From positions 820,009-884,008 of the forward strand of contig CAJINV010000010.1 of NCBI GenBank assembly GCA_905178155.1: a stretch of DNA of 64,000 nucleotides. The letters are read 5' to 3'. Source of the DNA: Amoebophrya sp. A120 (taxonomy: Eukaryota > Protista > Dinoflagellata). Under the pieces are notes generated by a model, which made no database searches, was not told the origin of the DNA, and worked only from the letters and a program-made list of their open reading frames with translations. The translations under genes were made by a program, and so were the position numbers. Of the stretch, positions 23,095 to 35,000 are shown piece by piece (the first letter of the stretch is position 1; each line of letters starts with the position of its first letter).

Positions 23095-26000
23095 ATGCTC
23101 GACCTCAGCGTGTGCAGTTTGAACCCAATTTTGGAGCTGCACGGGCAGGAGATCAACCATCTGGCGTTCGGCACCAACAAGGAGTACAATTTGGAGGTGA
23201 CGGTGGTTTCGCTGCTCGATAAGCAAAACACCCCCATTGCGGTGGTCCAGGACTGCAGTTTATCCAAGAAAAAAACAGTGTAAGTGTACTTTCTTGGAGG
23301 ATTAGCATGACAAATATCTCTCGCATGACAGCAAAAACCTGTCATGCGCAGATACTACGTGAAAACGCCCTTTAATGAACCCTACGACGCACGCCAAGCA
23401 TGACAGACGCAATCAGCTTGAATGTTGCGCATCACAAATTTACTCCCGCAGAGGGAGCGAAAGAGCACGGCCCGAGCAATTGAAACTGTCTTGATTTGCA
23501 TGAAAGGGGCCCGAAAATGAAACGCTCAGCGCTCCCCGGAATCGATTCAAATAAAACGCGAACGCCTGCCGGGGCGGTTGGCAAAAGAAAGACAGGGAAG
23601 CGACCAGAGGCCGGCGCCTTGGGGACGGCGACGGCCCTCCCGGCGCCTGCGCTCCCAGGGCGTGACAAATAGCAGGCAAGGCGGCCGCCGCAGCCGGCTC
23701 TGTCTTCCTTGTGCCCGTGCCGCGGCCGCTGCGTAGTTGTGTCGGTTGCCCTGAGTTTCATTTCGTGCCGCCCTGCGAGAATTTGCGTGGCTCTGGGCGA
23801 GCGGGCCGGACGCCCGTGGTACGTAGGGGGCGCCGAGTCTCCGCGTCCTTGCTTGGTCGCTGCGCCTTTGCCGCGGTTGGCGCGCTGCTCTGACGAGTTG
23901 CATGCTGCGCCGCCCCGCGGGAATTCGTCTGGCCCTGGGCGAGCGGGCCGGGCGCCAGTGGTAGGGGGCGCCGAGTCAGTCTCCGTGCCCTGGTCTGGCC
24001 GCCCTGTCGTTGCGGTGGTTGGTTCGTGCCTCTGAGTTGCATGTCGCGCCGCCCCGCGGGAATTTGCCTGGCCATAGGCGAGCGGGCCGGGCGCCAGTGG
24101 TAGACTAGAGGGCGCCGAGTTTCCGTGCCCTCGCTCGCCTGGCCTTTGCGTCTTTTAGCTGGGTGGTTCGTATGTAGTGAGGTCGCCGCACGGCTCTAGC
24201 CAGCCAGGGAGTTTTTTTGCCATATACCGTGAAAAACGGGCGGCAGTTTTCAATCGGCCGGCGGTGTTTTTGAACATAAAAAGCTTTCACTTGTCAATCG
24301 GCTCTGGCTGACCTGGCACCGAATCGCCAGCGGGTTCTATCGGTCGCCGATCTAAAAAACGACGCAGAGGAGTCAGCAAAAGGGGCGCCATTCTGAGGCG
24401 CCTGGCGCACCTAATTCCGCCGATTTGGGGCGCCCTAAAAGGGGCGCCGAAAAAGTGCGAAGGCGGCAAAAGCTTCGAATCCGCATGCTTTGCGCGCCAT
24501 TTTTGGCCACTTTTCGAGGTCGCAAAGACGGCCAAAAAAATCGGGCATCTGTAATGTGGGGAGCAATCCAAGGCGCGCGACTTTTCAGCAAAAAAAAACA
24601 AAAAGCGGAAAGCTCGCCAAAATCTTAAAGCCAATCAAACAATCCGCATGCCATTGGCCCGATTTGGGCGGGGCGCCCAGGGGGCCGGGCTTGGTGGGGG
24701 CCCTTGGGTGGCTATAGCACTGGGCAGCGCATCACAAGGCGATCCTTGGCAAATACCCACGCGCTCGGTTTCGTCGTGATCTCGTGCTGTGTGGGTTTGT
24801 CGCTTTCGAAATTTTTCCCGACAAGTATTTTGCTGATATTTCAACAACCGAGCGGCATAGCTTCAACGCTTTAGCTGCGCAGCGACGGTTAGAGCGACGA
24901 CTGAAACGCAAGCCATTGAACGAGAAACAGCAGCAAGCTTACGATCGTGTCAGCGATATGGTTGGACGGTTAGCAGCGTACAAACTACAAAATAGCGCGA
25001 CGCATGGCGCGAATGTTGAGGCGGCTGCGACGTCTCCGCCGCTGATTTTCCCGCCGCAACACATTCAGGGACGACGGGGCACAGGCAAGACGCACCTCGG
25101 AAGATGTTTGCGAGACATGGCCACGGGCGCTGGCTTGCGGGGTGTGTGCTGCGCTCCCAGTGGCGCTGCTGCGCGATTATATGGCCTCGATGCCCATACC
25201 ATTCACGCGCTCAACAACATGGCACCGACACGAACTAAACTACAGCCGGATGGTTTAGCGTTTGAAGATATTGCGACCCCTACGGCCGAAAACGATGCAT
25301 ATTTGCGCTCGTTGGATTTTGCATTGTGTGACGAAATTCATTCGGCGCAGGCGGCGTGGATCTTCGAACTTGACGCGGCGTTGCGGCGTGCGCGAAGCAA
25401 TCCCGCGCCATTTGGTGGCGTCATTTTTGTGGGGATTGGCGATCGGCGTCAGCAGCTTCCCGCATTAAACACGGCGGGTTTTTACGGATCACGCTCGCCA
25501 GTCGCTCGCGCGGATTTGCTAGCCCATTCAGTGCATGCCGTTTCGTTTTTGAAGAAGCCCGTCGCAGAACTGCACCAGTTGGGCAAATTGGAGCGAAAAA
25601 ACGCGAACACCGAGCAAAGTTGGGCCGATTTCGTCGAAACCTTGGCAACGGAATCGCAAGACATTGACTTGCACAGGTTTGCGCACGTTAACAAAATAAC
25701 AGCAGCAGAGCGCGTCGCTTTGTCACCACGCGCGCAAATTTTAGCCGCTACGCATCACCAATGCCGTCGCTGGAATAAACTCGCTCTCGAAACGCATCGC
25801 GCATTCAACCCCAGAGCTAAAGCAGTGACATATCGCGCAGAAGGGCGCTGCGAGTATGCTCCCTGTGGGAGTATCTGCGAAACAGTCCCCGGAGACGATT
25901 GCCCGCCTATCGACTTGGAGCTCGTCGAAGGGTCTCGCGTGGAATTCTGTCGGCGTTATGGGTCCGTCGTGAAGCACACGAAAGGCGTCGTGCGCTATTT

Positions 26001-29000
26001 AGGGCGTGACTTTGTGTCGCTCGAAGTTGAAACCGAAGGCGAGGCCGACACACTTGACGCGGAGCCATATACCAGCATGCTGCTTGTGCCGCGTCTGCCT
26101 ATTCAAGTGGTCGACGCTTACGGGGAAGAGCATCGGTATTTGCAATGTCCCTTGCGGCTAGCTTATTGCAAAACGTTCCACGCCGTTCAAGGCGTCACAG
26201 TATCAGGCGAGTCGTTGCTTGGCTCAGATGTCGACGCGTTTACGCATGGGACGGGTTATGTGGTGTTCGGGCGAGTTGAAGACGAGTCGCAAATTAAAAC
26301 GGTTTCGCTCAATGATGAGAGGCCGGAAAAGCTGACCAACATAGTGTGGCCGGAATTTCTCGCGTGAGCGCATCCCGACCCGTCTGATCCATACACCGAA
26401 AAACACACGGCAACGCTTCAAACGTCGCACCTTACGCGCTTGCTCGCTGCTCCTTTCTGCGCGATTGTGTTCCGGGATGCTTCGTCAGTCCACTGTTCTA
26501 TTTTGTTGCTCAGCCGACGACCTTGACAATTTGAAAAACCGCGCGCCATTGCTAATTTTCCAGTCCGCTTGTCGTGGTCGCAGCATTGTTTTGAGGTTTT
26601 TGATCTGATTTGTGCACCGTTTTGCGCGTTTTGCTGAGAACCGCCCGGCTTCGGTGCCATTTTGTACCGTTTCGCAAACTGATGGCGCAACTTGCGCGCA
26701 TTTTGATCCATTTGCACCAATATGAGGCAAGTTTGCGCGTTTTCGTGCTTTTTGCATAGCTTTCGCGGTCATTTTGCTGCTTTTGTTATTGAATTAAGCC
26801 AAAGCAGTGCCATTTTCGCCGTTTGCAATGCTACTGGCTGCATTTGTTGCGTTTTTGACTCGTTTGCAATTGAACTAAGCCAAAACAGTGCCGCTTTTGC
26901 CCGTTTGCAATGCTACTGGTTATATTTGTTGCGTTTTTGACTAATTTGCAAATGAACTAAGCCAAAACAGTGCCACTTTTGCCGGTTTGCAATGCTACTG
27001 GCTACATTTGTTGCGTTTTTGACTAGTTTGCAGCGTTTTCGATGTCATTTTGCACGATTTCGCATGCTATTGACCTAATTTGCGCGCATTTTGTCCCGTT
27101 TGCTTTACAAAAACGCAGGCCCGAGCCGCAACAATTTGCGAAATCTCGGCGAATATTCGCGGACTTTTTTGCCGTCGCATTTTCCTCGATTTGGACCGTT
27201 TTTCGTGGCTTTTGCCATCGTTTTGACGTTTTTGCATCGATTTTTGCACCATTTTGCACGTTTTGCATCGAGAAAAATTCAGCGATTTTCGGTTCGTGTC
27301 TTGCATGTTTCGTAACATAATTTATAACACTAACAGCGTTTTTTTCTTGGATACAGTTCGGGATCGAAAAACATCTTTCCGCTGTCCCGGGCCATATCAA
27401 CTTTAAAAATGTCTGGGTCTGGAAATTTGTGATGCTAAAAGTGAACGAGAGTTCCACTGCAATACGGAGCCAAGCATGACAAATTTTTTGGGCTCCTATG
27501 TGTTGCGTGTGCCGCATGGCAAACTGCGTGCTTGCATGACAGAAAAGAGGACCGCTTCGTGCCCATGCATCACAGATTCTTGAGTCATGTCAGACACGCA
27601 TGACAAATGTAGGAATCTTCCAGACCCAGACAGTTTTACATTTGATAGGCCATCCGGCACAACCACTGGTCTTCCTCCGCGCAGGGTCATGGGGGCAACC
27701 ACTACGGAGCCAATCCTGGCGAAATTGACTACAATGACGCCATCATTCGCAGCACGATTTGGTCCCGGGTCATGGGCACGTCGTCAAACAACCGAAGCTA
27801 TGCATTGCAAAAGTATCGTACTCGTATAAATGCATCACAAATTATTTCCTCAGCGTGAGAAATAAAATTTGGAATGCGCATTTAGCTTAAGAACAAGATT
27901 TGTATAATGCATGACTGCAAGTACAACTAGTACGATCCTTGTGCACAGGATAGAAGCAACAGCAGGCGCGGTTCGAACGCTGGGACCACGTCGAATCAGC
28001 AGTCATCCCGGAGCAGGAGTCTGTCGCCGGCGCGGTTCATTTTCGGTCGAGGTGCTTCCTCCGCGAGCTCGTCGGTCCGGGCGACAACAAAAGGTGGGAA
28101 AAACAAGACGGCGATATTGTGAGGAAAAATCCCCCCTCCCCGTATTGAAAAACTACGTTTGCGAAAATTTGTGTTGCTGATTTGTGGCCACAAATCACAA
28201 CTGTCTTGCAAGAAGCCAAATGCAGAAGCTTCCGCCCCATTCTGGAAGCGATTTGTCATGCTGGTGGGTCTAAAAGGCAGCCGCTTGCAATGCTGAACAA
28301 CTAGACCCAGACGCCTCTGCCTAGGCTCGGCATCTGGCCGCAATGCCTCCCTGCAATACAAACCGGATTTGTGTACACAGATCCAGCATCAGTGCTGCTG
28401 CGCTAGCAGTTGCTCTTCGAGATGGAAGCTGCGCTGGACGAAGTCGAGGTGGAGCAGCATTGACGGAACTGGGCAGCGCGCGGCCTTCGCACCAGGAGCG
28501 GATGCCGATTACTCAGCTTTCTTCCCGGGGGCTCCGGGGCTGACCCATTTGTGTCGGTGCGCGGACCAACCCATCTGCGTTGATAGCGGCACCCCATCCG
28601 CGGCGTTCTGTGTCTCCCGTGCGCCGGGTCCTTTGCAGCGTGCGTTGCCTTCTTGCTCGGCTCGGCCTGTTTTTGGTGTCGCGTCGGTGGGTGCGCGTCA
28701 AGCTGAGGGGAGTGGAGCGAGATGCGCGTTTTGTGCTTGGGGCTTGTTCGACGGGATTCTTTTTGCGCCGAGGAGTTCTAGCTCGTGACATGCCGCGTGG
28801 TCCCGCGGACTCTGTTTTGTGCCTGCTCGTGCTCGGAGATGACGTTGCTGTAGCCGCTGGAGATCGCGGCTTTCCATGATTTCCTACGATGCCGCTGGTC
28901 CTACAAGAGCCCTTTCGCCTTCATCCCAGTGCTGTCGTTGACAGACCTTGGGCTGATAATCCCGTTGCAGGAGGTTCGGTCCTTGGCGCGTCTTCGCCAC

Positions 29001-32000
29001 CGGCAGGAGTCAGGATGGGTAGGTGGGTCTCCTCGTTGTTGCTTGAGCTTGCTCAGGTCTTCGCTGCATTCGGTGGCTGGTGGCCGCTCTTGGGTCTCAG
29101 GTGTGGGTCGGAGTTCGTTTGCCTCTCGTCAGTCTGGACGGAGTGCTCTCGTTCAGCCACCCCCCGGCGGTCGACTGTCGGCGATCTGGCCCCCCCAGCT
29201 CATGATTGCAGTGTTGGCTGGTGATGACGAGGTTGCGGACAGTTGACTTGTCATCTGTCTGGTTCGCCCATTTTGCTGCCACGACTGTTTGGTCCCCGGT
29301 CCCCTGAGGCGGGGGGATACGGGTTACCTGGTCGGGATGTCGCGCGGAAGGTGTCTCTCACGTCCCTAGCTCTTCGTACTCGCCGCTGAGTACAGTCGAG
29401 CGCCTTGGTTGATCGCCACACTGTTTCATAGTGCTGAAACGACCCGGCTTTCACTAGGGGGAGCATTCGTACACTTTGTGCCCTCCGGGACTATGCCTCT
29501 GCTTCCGTCTAAACTGAGGGGTCCACTTATCCCTCTCGGTATTCGGTCGCAGGGAAGGGTTGCCGGGGTCTCCCTCGCATCGGTTCTCGATGTCGGGTGT
29601 GAGTTTGTGACTGCGGGGGCAGTGGTTGGCTTAGGTTTGCGGAGTACATCTGAAAAGAGGCTCCCATTCCTTCTTCCAGGTAGCGATCCTAGATCGCTGC
29701 CACGCGGAGCCACCCCCGTATTTCACCCCCAGGGGGTTGTGGACCTGGCAAAACCGATGAGTTCGGGCTGCTGACTGTTCCACCTCTTCCGAGTGCGATC
29801 ATGTTACGCCTCACGCCTCACAAATCCAGCATCAGAAATTCCGTTTTGATATGGGGAGGGGGATTTTTCATTTTGATAGGCGACGCCTGCAGTCCTTTCC
29901 AGGGCGGGCGGTGGGGATGATGGTAGATTTGCGCAAATAAATGCTAGCGCAGCAGCATCTTCTTCTTCGCAGCAGCAACAGCAGACGACAGCACAGTATG
30001 CCGAAGTGGAGCAGCAGATTACCGCGCTGGCGTTGACGCCGGACTGTTTGTATTGCATCATCGTCTACTTGGATGGGTTCGTGGACGTCGTCCGAGTGCT
30101 GGAGGACTTCGGCGCAGCGACGAGTGCCACAAGTATCCTGTGCAAAAGTTTCGTACTCGTAGTAATCGCAGTCATGCATTACAGATCTCCCTCTTAACCT
30201 ACAGGTACAGCCGCATTACAAATTCAATTTTTCATGCTGATGGAATTTGTCATGCGATTTATACTAGTACGTGTACGATGCTTTTGCATTGCATAACAAG
30301 CAGTGGGGGCCAAGTTACAAGGGATCAACATCAGCAGGAACAAGGAGCAGAACAGCACCTAAGCGAGCCGATCCTGCCGTTCTTCCTGAACGACGTGTTT
30401 CAATCGAGCTACTGCGACGACTTTGGCCCGCCCAGCTGCTGCTGCTGTTACGATGTGAATAGAAACAAAACTACCGGAAGAAGAACTTCTACGGCGCCGA
30501 ACAACGGCGCTTTTCACAGTGCTGCCACCTCCAAGTGGAGGTCAAGCGGGCAACTACAGGTGGGAGGAAGTTCGTATCCTAATGGCTGCTCTGCAAACAG
30601 TAACAAGTCCGCGCCGGCTCTTTATTCCAACGGGTCGCAAACCTACACGACCGTTGCAGAAGGTGGAGGTCTCAGCGCCTCAGCGGCTAGTAGTACTCAA
30701 AAAATGGATTCTTCCGGCTCCTTCACCCACCCTGGGGAGAACAGCTGCAAGAAGGCCGAGCCACTGTATCGCGTTTTCATCGGGTCGCTGTCCGGAAATT
30801 TGGTGGCCATCGACCTGATACGCATTGCAAAAGCATCGCACTAGTAGAAATCGCATTACAAGTTCGGTGAGCATGACAAATGGAATTTGTCATGATGAAA
30901 AATGGAATTTGTCATGCTGTTTTACCTTGGGATGGAAATTTGTAATGCATGATTGCGATTTACACTACGAGTGCGATACTTTTGCACTGGATACCTGAAA
31001 TCCAGTTCGGTTATGGAGAAATTTACGAATTTTCCCGGCCCCGTATCCTGAGTAAAAACGTCCCCGCCCCATAGTCAAGGTGCTTTAAATTTGGTCTTTT
31101 CCAGTACATAAACACCCCATAGTCAAGGTGGGAACTTTGCATCACGAATCCAGAAGCTTTGGGAGTTACGCATGACAATTTGTAGGCTCTAGCGTAGTTC
31201 TGTTTAGCAAGCGAAGCCGCATAGGAAATCCATCTCCTCATCCTGTTTACAGCATTATAAGTTCGTCCAGAACACAATTGGAAATGGCTCTCATGGGGAT
31301 CCGGCGCATTACAAATGCTCATGTAGTTGCAAGGCTGCATGATTATATGGGAGGGGAACGTTTTTACAAAGTATATCCCGTACTGAACATGCAGCTCGTG
31401 GAGGAGAACTCCGCAAACCAGCAGATTACGGACCTGATGAACTTGCAGAAGATCTGGCTGTATCTTGTGCAAAAGTAACGTACTCGTATTGCAGTCATGC
31501 ATTACAAATCTTTTCCTTAAAGTCAACTCGCATTACAAATTTTATTTCTCATGCTGAGAAAATTTGTAATGCATTTTTTTATACGAGTGCGATACTCTTG
31601 CAGTTAATTGGCTGTTCCTCAAAGTTGGCGAATCTCTGCTCCGTCTCGATGTGTTCGAGGAGTGCGAGGACGTGAGCGCGGCGGCGACCGCGGCGCCGCT
31701 GGGTTCCACTACAGGGTCCGAACAACTGGACATATGCATTGATGCAGCTATGTCTTGGTCTGGAAAGTTGTCATGCTATCTTGCCGAAGATAACAGAGGC
31801 TGAGGCACGTCAATGTGTAGCTAGGCATGTTGACAAGTTTTCTAACGGCCGTCTGTTGGAGACATAGCGCTTCTGCAACACACAGGAGCAGCGTTGCTGC
31901 GCGCCATGCATCACAGCTCGCCAACTCCGCGGGGGCGTTGCGGGTATCTCCCTAAAACACCAAAACCGGCACAAATTGGGCCGGCAGTCCGGGCAATTGC

Positions 32001-35000
32001 TCACCAGCCGGCTTGTATGGCGAATAAGGTGCTCGACGAAGGAAGAAGCAGGCATGCAGTTAGCACCTCCGGTTGGTAGAGCGATCGGCTACCGAGGCAC
32101 GTCAGGGGGCGTCGCTACTTCAATTCAATTCAATTCAATTGCTAGCGATGTGATGTGATGTGATGGAGCGGCGGCGGTGGCCTCTTACCATCAAGCTCGA
32201 ACGGCCGGGGCAGGGAACAACGCAATGCTTTGCACCACGGGCAGACGACTACTATCTGGCAGTGTGGACGCCTCCGGACAGCAGCAACTGCCCAACATGC
32301 AAACACTAAGTTATCAGCTTCTTACCCTACGGACCTGCTAGACTTCTCCTCTAACCCACTGGGGCGCTTATGTAGCTCGGCGGGCCTGGGTGCAGCGCAT
32401 AAAAACTCCTGCTGCCTAAGCTACTTTTTTGCCCAAGTTCATATGGAACTTCATCTTTTTTCCGTGCTTTGAGCTTTTTCTTCAGAACTTCGCGCTTTTT
32501 GCTTTTAGTTTCTACTGTACTTTTTGAAAACAAAAAAAACAAGGGTCACTGAACTACGCACCTTTTTCCTTACTAGTATACTACACGAAACTACCTCCCC
32601 GCGAAGCGCTACTTGCCGAGCCTGGTTACTGCACCTGATCCGCACAGATGTCTCTACAAATGCAAAACCTAACCTATGGAAGGGCGATGCGCGGAATACT
32701 AACTACACGAACGGGCAATAACTAAGGAGGGCCACGGCACTACTATACACAGTTTTCTAGTGCACGACCGGCACACCCGCGAACCTCCGCCCGACGCCAC
32801 GACCACCGGCACAACGGCAGCGTGAGGGATGGACTATTTTAAGCCTTTTTTTTGGCATAGAGAAAAACATCCCTTTTCCTTCTTCGCAGTGCGTTTACGG
32901 AGCTAACTACTCGCCCGGCGCAACGGGTGGCGCTACAAAAAACTACCTGCTAACACTGCGCGTTTATTCCTAAGACTACTTGTGCTGTGTGCTTTATTTG
33001 TCGCTTTTAATTCTACTTCTAGCGACTAGCTTTGCGTGGTGCTCCCTGCAGCTGCAGCAGCTTCTGCAACTAAAACCGCGACCGCTACTGTCCAGCACCA
33101 CGGCAACGCTCGGAGGCCGGCAGTGCCCATCCGTCGCCGTTCCATCGCTTGCACCGTCCCAACACAGTCATGTAGTATACCTGATATTAATGATTGTGTA
33201 GCACGATGACAGGACAGTTGACCGACAGCGAATATATCTGCAAACTAGTCAAACACTGCAAAATATATGTAGTTCAAGATGGAGACGAAGAAGACATTTA
33301 TGCACAACGCAAACAATGAATAGGTAAAGAAAGTTTATCCATACTCCACTTTAACCACACGCACATACAAACCCCCGACGACAAACAAGCTGTGCACGGC
33401 CACGGTCTGTGGAAGCTTTTCGAACAGAGACTCCTTGCCACGAGTGCCCGTTCCGCCGCTCGCTGAAAAAACACCACGGCGCGCTACAACTCCTTCTGCG
33501 GTCAGCTTGCTCCGGGCACGGTCCGTCGTCGAAGATCCTCCGGCGGTGCGCGGAGGTCTTGGCGAGGTCGGTATGCGCCACAGTGCCTCTGGCGGTGGAG
33601 GGAGAAACCCCCACCGGTCGTGTCGTGCTTGCCCTTGTTGCTGCACGGCCTCGCACTAGAAGTTGCCGGAGGTTGGGGCTTGGCGTAGGTGACGTTCTTC
33701 CTCGGGTCACAGAGCTGCACGGTGGTGCCGCGTGGAACCATCTTGGGTGGCGGCGGCGGTGACTGTCACTAGCAGCTTAAATGAATCTAGGGCGCAGCCG
33801 GCTGCACCCGGCTGCCTACAACTACTCTCCAGGGACCCCGTGCAGAGGGCCCCGCTCTCGACAGGTTTCTACTAAGTTAGGCTCCTTGAGCCAAAAATTA
33901 GCCGATCATAACATCCAAGTCTTGCATTCTACTTCCAGACCCAGACACATGCTTGCAGTGGATAGGACAACGCCGCAAACAACATTCAAGCGTTACTGAC
34001 CGCGCCACTAAACGCCGCAGCCGGGGTATGAAAAGGAAAAATCCCCCCTTCCCATATCAAAACAGAAATCTGTGATGTGGGCTTTGTGTACACAAATCAC
34101 ACCTGTCTTGCAGGAAAGCACTGCACGCAGATCGCAAGCCTAGGGGGGGCCTTTTGGTGTAGGAACCTAGCATGGCAGACGTCTGCCCTGTAGGCCCTGC
34201 AGCATTACAAACCGCCTGAATAAAAAGTATCGCGGCGGACGCTCTAGATTTGTCTTCTGGCAAGACAGCGCAAATCTGCATCACAAATTTCCGGCAGGAC
34301 ATGTTTTCAATATGGGGAGGGGGGGACTTTTCCTTGCAATGCGGGGCGCTAAGCTCGGCGGCGGGTGGCAGTGCGGCGTCGAGGACCTCCTCCCAAAGCA
34401 GACCGAAGAGGATATCCCAAAGAAACAAAGATTGCGGGCAGGTCAGATTTGTAATGCAAAAATGAATAGACAAAACAATCTGTCTTGCGTGTCCTAAACA
34501 GCATGCTATGGCGTTGCCCATGACAGATTTTTCTGCGTATTTATTTTTGCATTACAAATCTGCCCTGCCGGCTTTTTTCTGTGTCATAGAGGAAGAAACT
34601 GCTTATCGACATTATCAAAACATGCTCAGCTGTTACAATCTCAAAAACGTTAGTACAATTGAGTCTGGAATTTGATTCGCATGATGAGCATAATAGATGA
34701 CCCACAGGGCACTCAACTCTCTGAAATACAAATTTACTCAGAAGATTCTAGTGCGGAGTTTTGGGGCTCCAGAAGTTGTCATGCGCAATCCTGTGCAGCG
34801 AGTAGGCTAGATCATGCACTTTTTCTTGCGTCAGCACGAGTCTGCAGTTTTATGGTAACCAATTGGAGATTTTTGTAGTAGTTGAGCAGGGTATAGACGT
34901 CGCGGACGGACTGAAAAAGCACCGCAGACAGAAAATCAAGAACACGGAGGTGGTCAGCGGAATCCACGCGGGCAGGATGTTGGTCTGCAGCAGTCCTAGC

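Larger units (their letters stand above)
23443..27328 (+). mobile_element. 3.9-kb Pif1-helicase-encoding element (Helitron-like) nested inside an introner
   Basis: Interrupts the family-E introner exactly at cacaaatttac^actaacagcg; compare the intact copy at 60384-60592. Contains tandem repeats and a helicase ORF. Confidence 0.85.
23261..27353. mobile_element. Introner, family E, expanded to 4.1 kb by the nested Pif1 element
   Basis: TSD cagtt/cagtt; TIR tatccaagaaaaaaac / gtttttttcttggata; frame restored (..QDCS|SGSKNIF..). Confidence 0.9.

Noticed and set aside
24784-26367. Pif1 ORF as the autonomous transposase of the introners
   Set aside because: It has no DDE or HUH motif, and it is a secondary insertion into an otherwise normal family-E copy.
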